Below are positions 12,319-23,681 of a stretch of 64,000 nucleotides of DNA, in pieces. Position numbers and translations under genes: made by a program. The number at the start of each line of letters is the position of its first letter. The first letter of the stretch is position 1. Under the pieces are notes generated by a model that did not search any database, was not told the DNA's origin, and was given only the letters and a program-made list of their open reading frames with translations. Source of the DNA: Mobula hypostoma (Eukaryota); NCBI RefSeq assembly GCF_963921235.1, contig NC_086097.1, positions 148,058,001 to 148,122,000 of the forward strand. Direction: 5' to 3'.

Positions 12319-15140
12319 AAACAACAGGAATTCTGCAGATGCTGGAAATTCAAGCAACACACATCAAAGTTGCTGGTGAACGCAGCAGGCCAAGCAGCAT
12401 CTGTAGGAAAAGGTGCAGTTGACATTTCAGGCCAAGACCCTTCGTCAGGACTAACTGAAGGAAGAGTGAGTAAGGGATTTGAAAGTTGGAGGGGGAGGGG
12501 GAGATCCAAAATGATAGGAGAAGACAGGAGGGGGAGGGATAGAGCCAAGAGCTGGACAGGTGATAGGCAAAAGGGGATATGAGAGGATCATGGGACAGGA
12601 GGTCCGGGAAGAAAGACAAGGAGGGGGGGGAACCCAGAGGATGGGCAAGAGGTATATTCAGAGGGACAGAGGGAGAAAAAGGAGAGTGAGAGAAAGCATG
12701 TGTGCATAAAAATGAGTAACAGATGGGGTACGAGGGGGAGGTGGGGCCTTAGCGGAAGTTAGAGAAGTCAATGTTCATGCCATCAGGTTGGAGGCTACCC
12801 AGACGGAATATAAGGTGTTGTTCCTCCAACCTGAGTGTGGCTTCATCTTTACAGTAGAGGAGGCCGTGGATAGACATGTCAGAATGGGAATGGGATGTGG
12901 AATTAAAATGTGTGGCCACTGGGAGATCCTGCTTTCTCTGGCGGACAGAGCGTAGATGTTCAGCAAAGCGGTCTCCCAGTCTGCGTCGGGTCTCGTCAAT
13001 ATATAAAAGGCCACATCGGGAGCACCGGACGCAGTATATCACCCCAGTCGACTCACAGGTGAAGTGTTGCCTCACCTGGAAGGACTGTTGGGGGCCCTGA
13101 ATGGTGGTAAGGGAGGAAGTGTAAGGGCATGGGTAGCACTTGTTCCGCTTACGCGGATAAGTGCCAGGAGGGAGATCAGTGGGGAGGGATGGGGGGGACG
13201 AATGGACGAGGGAGTTGCGTAGGGAGCGATCCCTGCGGAATGCAGAGGGGGGGGGAGGGAAAGATGTGCTTAGTGGTGGGATCCCATTGGAGGTGGCGAA
13301 AGTTACGGAGAATAATATGTTGGACCCGGAAGCTGGTGGGGTGGCAGGTGAGGACCAGGGGAACCCTATTCCTAGTGGGGTGGTGGGAGGATGGAGTGAG
13401 AGCAGATGTACGTGAAATGGGGGAGATGCGTTTAAGAGCAGAGTTGATAGTGGAGGAAGGGAAGCCCCTTTCTTTAAAAAAGGAAGACATCTCCCTCGTC
13501 CTAGAATGAAAAGCCTCAGCCTGAGAGCAGATACGGCGGAGACGTAGGAATTGCGAGAAGGGGATGACGTTTTTGCAAGAGACAGGGTGAGAAGAGGAAT
13601 AGTCTAGATAGCTGTGAGAGTCAGTAGGCTTATAGTAGACATCAGTGGATAAGCTGTCTCCAGAGACAGAGACAGAAAGATCTAGAAAGGGGAGGGAGGT
13701 GTCGGAAATGGACCAGGTAAACTTGAGGGCAGGGTGAAAGTTGGAGGCAAAGTTAATAAAGTCAACGAGTTCTGCATGCGTGCAGGAAGCAGCGCCAATG
13801 CAGTCGTCGATGTAGCGAAGGAAAAGTGGAGGACAGATACCAGAATAGCCACAGAACATAGATTGTTCCACAAACCCAACAAAAAGGCAGGCATAGCTAG
13901 GATCCATATGGGTGCCCATAGCTACACCTTTAGTTTGGAGGAAGTGGGAGGAGCCAAAGGAGAAATTATTAAGAGTAAGGACTAATTCCGCTAGACGGAG
14001 CAGAGTGGTGGTAGAGGGAAACTGATTAGGTCTGGAATCCAAAAAGAAGCGTAGAGCTTTGAGACCTTCCTGATGGGGAATGGAAGTATATAAGGACTGG
14101 ACATCCATGGTGAAAATAAAGCGGTGGGGGCCAGGGAACTTAAAATCATCGAAAAGTTTAAGAGCGTGAGAAGTGTCACGAACATAGGTCGGAAGGGATT
14201 GAACAAGGGGTGATAAAACAGTGTCGAGGTATACAGAAATGAGTTCGGTGGGGCAGGAGCAAGCTGAGACAATAGGTCGGCCAGGACAGGCAGGTTTGTG
14301 GATCTTGGGTAGGAGGTAGAAACGGGAAGTGCGGGGTGTGGGAACTATAAGGTTGGTAGCAGTGGATGGGAGATCCCCTGAGCGGATAAAGTCGGTGATG
14401 GTGTGGGAGACAATGGCCTGGTGCTCCTTAGTGGGGTCACGATCAAGGGGTAAATAAGAGGAGGTATCCGCGAGTTGTCGCTGTGCCTCGGCAAGGTAGA
14501 GGTTAGTACGCCAGACTACAACAGCACCCCCCTTATCGGCGGGTTTAATAATAAGGTTAGGATTAGTGCGGAGGGAGTGGAGAGCAGAGCGTTCCGAAGG
14601 AGTGAGGTTGGAATGGGGACAAGGTGCGGTGAAGTCGAGACGGTTGATGTCCCGTCGGCAGTTAGCGATAAAGAGATCCAGAGCAGGCAGAAGACCAGAG
14701 CGGGGTGTCCATGAAGAAGAGGAGGGTTGAAGACGGGAGAAGGGGTCATCGGTGGGGGTGGAAGAGTCCTTGCCGAAGAAGTAGGCTCGGAGACGGAGGC
14801 AGCGGAAGAAAAGTTCCGCATCGTGGCGAACACGGAACTCACTGAGGTGTGGCGAAGGGGGACAAAGGTGAGACCCTTACTGAGAACAGAGCGTTCTGCC
14901 TCCGACGGTTGAAGGTCGGAGGGGATGGTAAAGACCTGGCACGGATGAGAGCTGGGATCAGAGGGGGGAGGGGGGAGGCTGGGGGTGTCAATGGAGAGGG
15001 GAGGGTTGGGGTGAGAGGAAGATGGAGCCTCTGAGGGCCCAGGAGTTGACGGTGGGATCTGAGGAAGACGGGGCTGCGGAGTGGTGGTGGGGGAAGGGGA
15101 GACGGGATCACAACAGCAGCACTTGAAGACCCGGCCTGGA
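12319..15140 (-). mobile_element. Young 5'-truncated Penelope-like element, Neptune-type (RT plus GIY-YIG)
   Basis: Manual translation gives LSKGLTFVP, a frameshift at about 14851, then an open frame through KPADKGGAVV, FYLLPKIHK, RPIVS, DVQSLYTSI, GVAMG and RYIDD. A second frameshift lies in the G run at about 13247-13255, followed by a Cys linker (R)KRNKCYPC and GIY-YIG GVIYCVRCSRCGLLYIDET...RFAEH (stop 12749). The 3' repeat has a hammerhead. Confidence 0.95.
12417..12452 (-). ncRNA. Minimal hammerhead motif in the PLE 3' terminal repeat
   Basis: Minus strand AGTC-CTGACGA-A-GGGTCTTGGCCT-GAAAT-GTC-AACT; core intact, stems weakened by CpG-type transitions. Confidence 0.65.
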
Positions 15141-15837
15141 GTTCAACTAAGAGGGATAATTTTTCCTGGATCGAGCTGTTTCAGAGATCTTCATCTCATG
15201 AGTACCCAAGCTGCTAGAAAGTCAGATTGGTTGGCTTCATATCTGTAAAGGAATAATCCTGATTTCCGTCCATTAACTTACGAAGGAAAGTCGTACAGGT
15301 TTCTCTCTAATCTGCTCATTTTCCACTATAAACTATGTGCAGGGAATCAGCCTACCTGAGTACAGACCCAGGATGTTCCTTTCTAATGTACCTAGTACTC
15401 CAGAGTGCAATACACTGGCGCTGAATCTGCACATTCATGCACATTTAACCCTTGTTTTCATGCCTCACTGCACATAGAGCTTCACTTGCACTGTAGGGAG
15501 TTCTATTTGCAACTTGCATGACAAAAAAAACTGGCAAGAAGGCTCTATAAGGCTAATTCTTTCGTGTCGGACCCTTTGTCATAGTACCATGGCCACTATT
15601 GCTCAGACTACAAATTCAGCACTTTGATCTATGTTGTGAATTTATTTGTAATCTTTGCATTTCCATGACACATATGCCTAAATACGTATCCTTTTTCATA
15701 ATGCATTAATCCATCTCTTCTCCCTAATGCAATCTTATTGGTCATAGTTTATATTTTTCCAGCTACCAGGAGCATAAAGATCAACAAATTAATTTTGTGT
15801 TTCTAAATTTTGATTGGAAATTTTAACCATGAAAATG

Positions 15838-17170
15838 CAGACATCCCACCCTGCAAAAACTCGTTTCAGGGAGGTAGCACCCCCGCCGCTCGCAACCCCA
15901 TATCCCCACCCCCCTACGGTTGACCTCCAAGGGTGTATGTAATACTTTGTTTAGTGATTTTGTCTAATCTGTAAACCAAGTTGGGTATATGCAGAAAATG
16001 TGACATTAAAATATGTACTTATATTATCATACTTATTCTATTACAACTTTAAGCAAGTCTACAGGGAGTTTGGCCTCATCAAGTAGGACATCAATAGCGT
16101 AGCTCCTTAGCAGCTAGCCAGCTAGTTTAAATAACGTTAGCTATGCTGTTAAACTCACCTCAACATGTTTTTTACATTTTAATCCATCATGGGCAATAGA
16201 AAAGTCACTGTTGCAAACAGTGCAGCGAGCAACTCTGTCATTATTTTTGAGGTCGACTATAAAGCCCACCCACAGAGAAAACTGATAGGTCTACTTAGCA
16301 GGGGTCCGCAATCGTTTTTGCACTACAGACTGGTTTAATATTGACAATATTCTTGCAGACCAGCCGACCGGGGGCGGGGGTGTTAATCACAACCGGAATA
16401 AAGGTGATAAGTCAATCGCATCATAACATTTTCAGTAACGTTTGGATATTAAACATACAGCGCATATTTTCCCTGTATGAACATATAAAATCATTGCAAC
16501 ACACCAATATTGATGAATCAGTGGGAGCCCTGGGCTTGTTTTCCTGCAACAAGATGGTCCTATCGAGGGGTGATGGGAGATAGCGATACTCAAAGGGGGT
16601 TCCTTTTGTCCAGTCTATTCCGCAATTGAGTTTTCGTTGTATTCATTGCAGAAAACTCCGCTTCACAGAGATATGTTGGACATGGAAGCAACATTTTCAG
16701 TGCTTCCATGGCTATCTCAGGATATTCAGCCTTGACTTTGATCCAGAATGCTGGCGGAGATGTTATGTGAAACATACTTTTCAGCCCACCGTCATTTGCA
16801 AGCTTGAAGAGTTGATCTTTTTCCCGCGCTGACATGGATGATTCACCGGGGACATTCACAAATGGGTCACGGACCCATTCCTTTGCATATCTTGGGTCAC
16901 TGATGAGCTCGCGTGCATTAAAATTCAACAGTGCGTGACGGAATGAGGAAAGGTGCAGCTGACTCGTATCGTTTCATATCGCCGAATCATATTGTTTCCT
17001 CGCAGCCCGGTAGTTGGGGACCACTCTTAGCACGAAGAGAGACCAATCAGGATTCCCGTTCTCCCTCTCCCTCTCAAAAAAATCTATTTCCAGGATATTG
17101 TATATAATTTGCGGGCATCAGGGAGCCACTATCGATATGCAGGAGACTTCCGGGAGAGGTGGGATGTCTG
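15838..17170. mobile_element. Non-autonomous TIR DNA transposon with a 6-bp TSD (possibly an atypical hAT), hosting a Charlie insertion
   Basis: Perfect 13-bp TIRs CAGACATCCCACC (15838-15850) / GGTGGGATGTCTG (17158-17170); AAAATG on both sides (15832-15837, 17171-17176). Confidence 0.85.
16299..17025 (-). mobile_element. Second MER1/Charlie3-like hAT deletion derivative
   Basis: Ends CAGGGGTCCGCAATC and AGTTGGGGACCACT; ORF 16590-16928 is a hAT C-terminal dimerization region (WVRDPF, FWIKVKAEYPEIA, YLCEAEFSAM, KTQLRNRLD); CTTAGCA at both junctions; colinear with 3900-5065. Confidence 0.92.
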
Positions 17171-18239
17171 AAAATGTTCAAACACGGACACATGAAATGA
17201 ATCATATTAAAGTAAGAGATTTTAAGATTAACTTAGTGGTTGTCTTCCGACCTAAAACCTGACTCCTCTCACTGTTGACCATAAGTGATAGTTGAACTAA
17301 GTTGTACGTTCTTAATGAGGTTCTTAGAGAACATGAATACACAAGAGAAATAATATATCTGTCATTGAATTTGCAAGTTTATTGAGAGGCTGAATGAAAG
17401 TTCCTTTGGTATAATAGAGGAAGCTGAGCTGGAGAAAGATGTATAGTTGGAGTTTGGTAATGGAAGTAATACTGTACTAAGTGTGGCAGAGCTATATGCT
17501 GTTACTGTGGAGCCCCAAAATGGTGTGTTTCTCCATTACCCAAAACTAATGTGGCTGAGGAGTACCATGATGACATAGGAAAGCATTAATGAAACATTTG
17601 TGTCTATCCACAAGCCTTGTAATGAGTTTGAGGCACGGTCCTAGTACAATCTGGAGTCACAAGATCATTAAAAATGTGCGAAAGACAGCAATTTTTAAAG
17701 AGAGCCTTAATTACACTGGCAGTTCATTCGCAATGCAGGACACAAACAGCCTAATAAAATGACGGCTGCTTTTATGCCACTGCTATTAAATCTGAGTAAT
17801 TGATTATGCGTTGTGCACATTAAGAACTTGTGTTGGTGCTGAGTGAGGCTTTCATTGAAGATAAATCAATTTACTTCATGATGTTGGTAGTGAGGCTCAC
17901 AATTCCAATTTTATTCATCAGAAATTTTCTTTACTTAAGACGTTCTAGCCACATGTTACAATGAAAATATTATATATGTAGGTTGCACAAAAAAAAGCAA
18001 ATCACAGTTTGTCATCAATAAGTACAGGGGATGCGTTGCTACATCTACGACAAGTCTATTGAAGAAGATGGGGGTGAGGGGTCACTCCCTCCAACAAGCA
18101 ATCAAGTCCTTGTCAAATGCAGCAGAAGAAAGCAGCAATTGGATTTGGATTAAAAGGAAAGACAACAACTGAGCTGCAAGATGAAGACAGGAGGGTATGG
18201 AACTGAGGGGGGTGTATCTGGGACACCAGATAGCACCAT

Positions 18240-18640
18240 TGAGCTGTCTGGAGACATCGTGGGCTTATCAATGAAATGTCAAAGAAGGAGGGTGCCCACC
18301 TGATGACCCCGATGACATACCTACCCTCCCTCCTGTCACCACTCCAAGCCCACTGCCAACATCGAGAGTGCCGACAACATAGGGATTGAAACATCAAGTC
18401 CATGAAACATCAACATTATGACCTGGATCTGGGCCATACCCTCCAAATATCCGGACCTGCCTCCGGGTTTTTTTGCACTACCTTACTTTCCCTTTTCTAT
18501 TTTCTATTTATGATTTATAATTTAAATTTTTAATATTTACTATCGATTTGTACTCCAGGGAGCACGAAGAGCAGAATCAAATATCGCTGTAATGATTGTA
18601 CGCTCTAGTATCAATTGTTTGGCGACTATAAAGTATAAAG
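18240..18640 (+). mobile_element. Probable LINE 3' end of unidentified clade
   Basis: GC-richer segment, then a T-rich UTR ending in a short repeated tail (tataaagtataaagt); no recognisable protein motif. Confidence 0.4.
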
Positions 18641-18934
18641 TTAGTAGCTCTACTAATAGCTCTACTGTACTTACTGTATTCATTCTCAGGATATTCATAG
18701 TGTTGGTATTGGGCATTGATTGCCTCCTTAATTGTCCTGAGAAGAGAGGCATTATCTTGAATCACTGCAATTGTTTAACCATTTTAAACATCTCATTGCC
18801 AAGACACTGTTAAGGGCAACTTTAAGAATTATTCAGTTGTTTTCAAGACTGGTGTCCTGTATATAATCCATTCTGTCTGATTATTCAGAAACATCAGTGG
18901 TTCAGCATCTGGCTCGTGTGATTTTATTTCCTTG

Positions 18935-19097
18935 TGCTCCCTTGAAACCCGTTGAATCTTCTTCCCTTGTTTTGCTGAAGCTCACTGGACCCAATTTCCC
19001 ATAACCCCTTGAAACTCAGTGGACCCCATTTCCCAAGTTCTTTTTAAACTGAGCAGAGCCATGTTTCCCATGGTCCCTTGAAACTCACTGGGTCACT
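18935..19097. repeat. Degenerate minisatellite, about 5 x 33-35 bp
   Basis: Unit resembling ccttgaaactcactggaccccatttcccatggt at about 18940, 18974, 19007, 19041 and 19076. Confidence 0.75.
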
Positions 19098-19289
19098 ATG
19101 AATTTAAAGTGTATTTGGTTATTAGTAGGAATCACATCCAATAATTTCAAAAGTCTTCCAGTCCACCACCAGGAAAATCCCAAATGTGCCAGATTGGCTG
19201 AGGTTTACTGTAACCCAAGCTGGGCATGGCTGGTTCCGTGTCTCATCATTGACCAGACTTGGGATTTCACAGTGGCCTTTCTTGATCAA

Positions 19290-19405
19290 CCCACACAAAA
19301 TGCTGGAAGGACTCAGCAGATCAGGCAACATACAGATGCTGCCTAACCTGATGGGTTCCTTGACATTTCGTATATGTTGATCCAGATTTCCAGCATCTGC
19401 AGGCT
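19290..19405. repeat. Inverted pair of PLE terminal-repeat tails (no hammerhead left)
   Basis: cacacaaaatgctggaaggactcagcagatcaggc versus gatgctgcctaacctgatgggttcc...ttccagcatctgcag. Confidence 0.7.
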
Positions 19406-19777
19406 CCACCTGATTTATTAGTCCTTATTATAAATATCAGCTTTTTTGTTGCCTTTTCAGCTGGTGAAGTACAGTTGCACTAATTTTTTTTTGTACAGTT
19501 GTTGAACTAATGCTGTTGTAAAATCATTATAGCATCTCACTCACAATTGTAAGGGTCAATTGCATATAGATCCCAAATGTAAAATGAACCTCCCCAACAG
19601 AACTAGCCAGGATTTTGTTTTCATTAAGCAGCTTTAAATATAGAATGATAGCTGTTTGTAACTTCATCATCTTAATATCTGTGATATGGTATACTGATTT
19701 TGTGATATTTTAAGTATTTCCCATCGTCAATTTCAGAATTCAGGCATCTGGCATTGTTTTCTGTCTTTGGTTCTCTA

Positions 19778-20735
19778 AGTTCAAAGTAAATGTATGTGTT
19801 AACCTGCAGGACGTTTTACCCAAATTCCACCAACATGTCACCATGACCCCCCGTGGAACAAACCAACTAGACCATGTTTATACAAACAAACGTGGAACTT
19901 ATAAAGCCATCCTATGCCCTCATTCTCACCTCTCTGACCCCATCTTCATAATGCTAATCCCAGCATACTGACCGCTGCTGAAAATGGAGAAACCAGTCAA
20001 GAGGACCATCACTGTATGGCCTAATGAGGCAAACTCTATGCTCCAGGACTGTTTTGAACGGCTGACAGATGTTCAAGGAGGCCACCACAAATGGAGAAGA
20101 CACAGACCTTGAGGAATATGCCTCGTCTGTCATTATCATCCAGTGTGTAGACAATGTGTTTGCACTTCAAAAACGGTTATCTCATGACTCAACCAGAAGC
20201 CCTGGCTGAACATAAAGGTGAGCTCCCTTCTAAAATCCGGGATGCTGCCGTCAAGTCCGGTGACAAGACAGCTGTCAGAGTGGCCAGGACAAACCTCATC
20301 TTTGGCATCAAGAGAGCAAAGGCCACCTATGCACAAAAAAATTGAGGAACTCTGGTCTGATAATGATCACTGGCATATGTGGCTGGGCACATACATAAAT
20401 AAATAGATATCTAAAACATGAGATGAAGAGTCCTTGAAAGTGAGTCCATGGGTTGTGGGAACAGTTCATTGATGAGGATATGTGAAATTATCTCCTCTGT
20501 TCAAAAGCCTGATAGTCGAGGGTTAATAACAATTCCTGAACCTGGTGGTGTGGGTCTTGAGGATCCTGTATCTCCTATCTGATGGCTGCAGTGAGAAGAG
20601 AGCATCACCAGAATGGTGGGGGCCATTGATGATGGATGTTTTCCTGTGACAGGGTTACATGTAAATGTGCTCAATGGTGGGGTGGTCTTTATCCATAATG
20701 GACTGGGCCATATCCACTACTTCTCGTTGGTTTTT
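19778..20735. mobile_element. Rex/Babar LINE fragments: + strand endonuclease/linker piece (about 19815-20390) within a - strand 3' piece
   Basis: LPKFHQHV...RGTNQLDHVYTN on +; minus-strand LSQPSDRRYRILKTHTTRFRN-type 3' segment at 20400-20735. Confidence 0.75.
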
Positions 20736-21289
20736 CCAACTGTGCATTCCTCTGTGATCAGACCCCGTTGAACTGTGGTGGGAAATGAGCCTGAACAGTC
20801 AGTGCAATATGTAATAATCAGTATAGTATTTACAATGGTGCATACTGTTGTAAAGTACTATTGGGAAGTACAGTGTACGTAAAAAGAAAACAATCAAATA
20901 TATGCTATAGAGGGGAAGTCGTTTATCCCATTGTATCGTCCATTTCCAGATTCTGCAACCTTCTGGATTATAGTTCTCAAGGTGCACAACAGGTCTCCTT
21001 TAAATGTAATGAGAAATTCTGCCTTCAGTATCCTCTCAGCCAGTGAGTTTCTGATCACTGGTACTTGACGTGTTTCTTCAGCTGTGTCCTGTTTAACAAA
21101 TAACTTAAATATGTATCCCTAGTTATAGATGTTTCTGTTCATTGTGCCTCAGATTTTTGTAATTTTATACAGGTATGTTACATCTTCCCTTGGGTCTCCT
21201 TTGCTTAAAAGCAAGCAAGCCCCTCCTAGCTGGTCTTTCCTAGTCATTCAACATTGGTAAAGTCCTCATTAATCTTCTTTTACACAATA

Positions 21290-21440
21290 GATCCTGCAGC
21301 TGCTGGAAGTCCAGAGTAACACAAAATGTTGGAGGAACTCAGCATGTCAGGCAGCATCTAAAAAATGTCTTGGCCAGAAACGTTGACTCTTTATTCCTTT
21401 CCATTGATGCTGCCTGACCTGCTGGGTCCTCCAGCACTGT
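21290..21440. repeat. Inverted pair of PLE terminal repeats inside an old minus-strand CR1 fragment (about 21090-21960)
   Basis: ggaggaactcagcatgtcaggcagcatc versus gatgctgcctgacctgctgggtcctcc; only the GAAACGTTGACT half of the hammerhead remains. Confidence 0.75.
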
Positions 21441-22844
21441 GTACGTATTAATCTCCTTTGCACTCTGTCTCTCCCTCCTGGAATCTCAGCCTGGGGTACA
21501 CAACTTTCTAGCTGCAGCCTTATGAGTGTTATAAACACTTCTAGAATGTCATCTTTATTCTTGTATTCTTTGCCTCGGCTGATAAAAGGTAGGTATGCTG
21601 AGTACTATCTTAACTGCCTTAGCTACATTGCCTGCTGCCTTCCGTGCTGTACACTCCAAGGCTCCTTCTTTTACACTGCAATTCCTGTAACTTGTCATTT
21701 TTCATCTATTACCTCCCCAAATGCTTGACATTTCTCCAGTTTAAATTCCATTTTGCCTTTTCCCTAGCTAACCTGTTTATATGTACTCTGACAGCCGACA
21801 ACAGTCAAGCACACTAGCAACCACACAGCTAATTTTGGTATCATCTATAAACTACATTATCATGATTACAGATATATACCACAAATAGCAAGGGATTAAT
21901 CCTGAGCCTTGCAGCACTGCAGTGCACAGAGTCCTGCGGTTACTAAGACTTCCATCAACCATTAATTACTTTTGTTAGTCTTTATTGGAAAACGGTAGGA
22001 TACAAATAGACTGGCGAGCTGTGCACATGAGTTTCATGTGCCATACTTACAGAGTACTGTGCACAGTTTTGAATTTTTTTTATTGGCCTTGTATATATTT
22101 ATCTTGGAATCATTGTGGCATATACATTAGATTGATTTCAGTGAAGAGGGGTTACATTCTCAACAGAGATACTTTGAGAGACTGATATTGAGAGGGATGC
22201 TAAAAAGCTGTTATCTCTAGCAGAAGGAGTACATGTCTTCAAAAGAGACTACTGATTGGAGGAAAAATATCTTGAGACAGTTGTAGGTTTATCTGAGTGA
22301 ACTGTGCACAAACAATAAATGTATTGAAGATTCAGACTGATAAGTTTTTGTACACAAAAGGAAACAGAGACAATGAAAGTGGGTGTGTATGAGACAGAGG
22401 ATTGGCTGTGATTTTACTAAATAATGGAGCAAGCTTTCTAAATCTATTTGTCATATTCTCAAGCTTAGGCCTACAGTTTTGGTCTGTGAAGGTTGACGTT
22501 AAATAATGGGACAGATTAGGGAAAGCACTCAAATATATGATGGTCCATTTATCTGTTTTACAGCAAATGGTGTATATAATCAACTCCTCTCTTGTACACT
22601 TCTGTGTGGGTGATTTCCCACACACTGGTGTACAAGAAATGAACAGATGTTTCCCCAATTTCCGACAAGTTACAGAGGGAATGAGCAGGCTGGAATTGAT
22701 CCCTTTCACCAATGCATGCCAAGAAAATGGCCAACTGTAGTCAACAATAAGCAGCCTTGGCCTAATAATTATCCCAGTAAACCATTTGAAATTTGCAAAT
22801 TGAATTTGACTTTTGTGAAGTTTGTAGTTTCCACTGAGTAACAA

Positions 22845-23412
22845 GAGTTCAAAGTAAATTTATCATCAAAGTACATACATGTCACCACATAATGCTACCT
22901 GAAATGCATTTTCTTGCAGATGTTCACTGTAAGTACAAAGAAATGTAATAGAGTCATTAAAAAAAAACACAGCATAGATGAGCAAACAACCAATGTACAA
23001 AGGACAACAAACTGTGTGAATACAAAGAAGAAAAAGAAAACAAAATAATCATAATAAAAAATATATAAACAATAAATATCAAGAGCCTATGTTGTAGTGT
23101 CCTTGAAAGTGAGTCCATAGGTTGTGGAATCAGTTCAGTAGTAGGATGAGTGAAGTTTCCCCTCCAGTTCAAGAGCCTGATGGTTAAGGGGTAATAACTG
23201 TTCCTGAACCTGGTAGTGTGGGACCTGATGCTCCTGTACTTCCTTCCTGATGGCAGCAGTGAGAAGAGAGCATGACCTGGCTTTTGGGGGTCCTTGATGA
23301 ATGCTGCTTGCCTGCAACAGCACTCCTTGTAAATTGTGCTCAGTGATGGGCAGGGCTTTACCCATGCTGAACTGGGCTGTATCCACTATTTTTGTAGGCT
23401 TTGCTGTTCAAG
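22845..23412 (-). mobile_element. Rex/Babar LINE 3' fragment
   Basis: Minus-strand FSLLPSGRKYRSIRSHTTRFRNSYYP-type segment and a tail ending ataaatttactttgaac. Confidence 0.85.
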
Positions 23413-23649
23413 GAAAATGATTCAGGGTTATTAAAACTCAAAACACTACAGTAATTATTAATGTATACATCATAGTAACAAGTGAAAAGGAAGAATATAA
23501 AGGAAATGGAAATAGAATTTGCAAATTGAATTGGATGGCTGGTGCTAGTTGAAAAGGAAGTACCATTGTTAGCAGTAACAATGTATTACCCCTCTGTGCT
23601 ACAAGTTCTAGAATTCTATTGCTGACAATAAATTTTCTTTCTTTTGCAG

Positions 23650-23681
23650 GAAAGCCAATTCAAATCAAGCCCAGATTTTGA
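23650..23681 (+). CDS. ZC3H3: Terminal coding exon of zinc finger CCCH-type containing 3 (partial gene; other exons upstream of the window)
   Basis: Branch-like CTGAC (23622-26), pyrimidine tract ttttctttcttttgcAG (AG 23648-49), phase-1 exon GA AAG CCA ATT CAA ATC AAG CCC AGA TTT TGA = (G)KPIQIKPRF*. Resembles the recalled human ZC3H3 end GKPLHIKPRL*. ZC3H3 lies upstream of MAFA on the same strand in mammals. Confidence 0.82.

Noticed and set aside
16590..16928. Domesticated ZBED/Buster-type gene
   Set aside because: Only a C-terminal fragment inside a TIR-bounded deletion derivative, with a second decayed copy nearby.
18935..19097. CRISPR-like periodicity
   Set aside because: Units are contiguous and degenerate with no unique spacers; vertebrate context and no cas genes.
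22332..22844. 170-aa minus-strand ORF in unique sequence
   Set aside because: Non-ATG start, no recognisable domain, antisense to the inferred host intron; better explained as non-coding.
1..23649. Additional ZC3H3 exons (CCCH fingers, penultimate exon)
   Set aside because: None found by eye; presumed upstream of the window, though a short diverged exon cannot be excluded.
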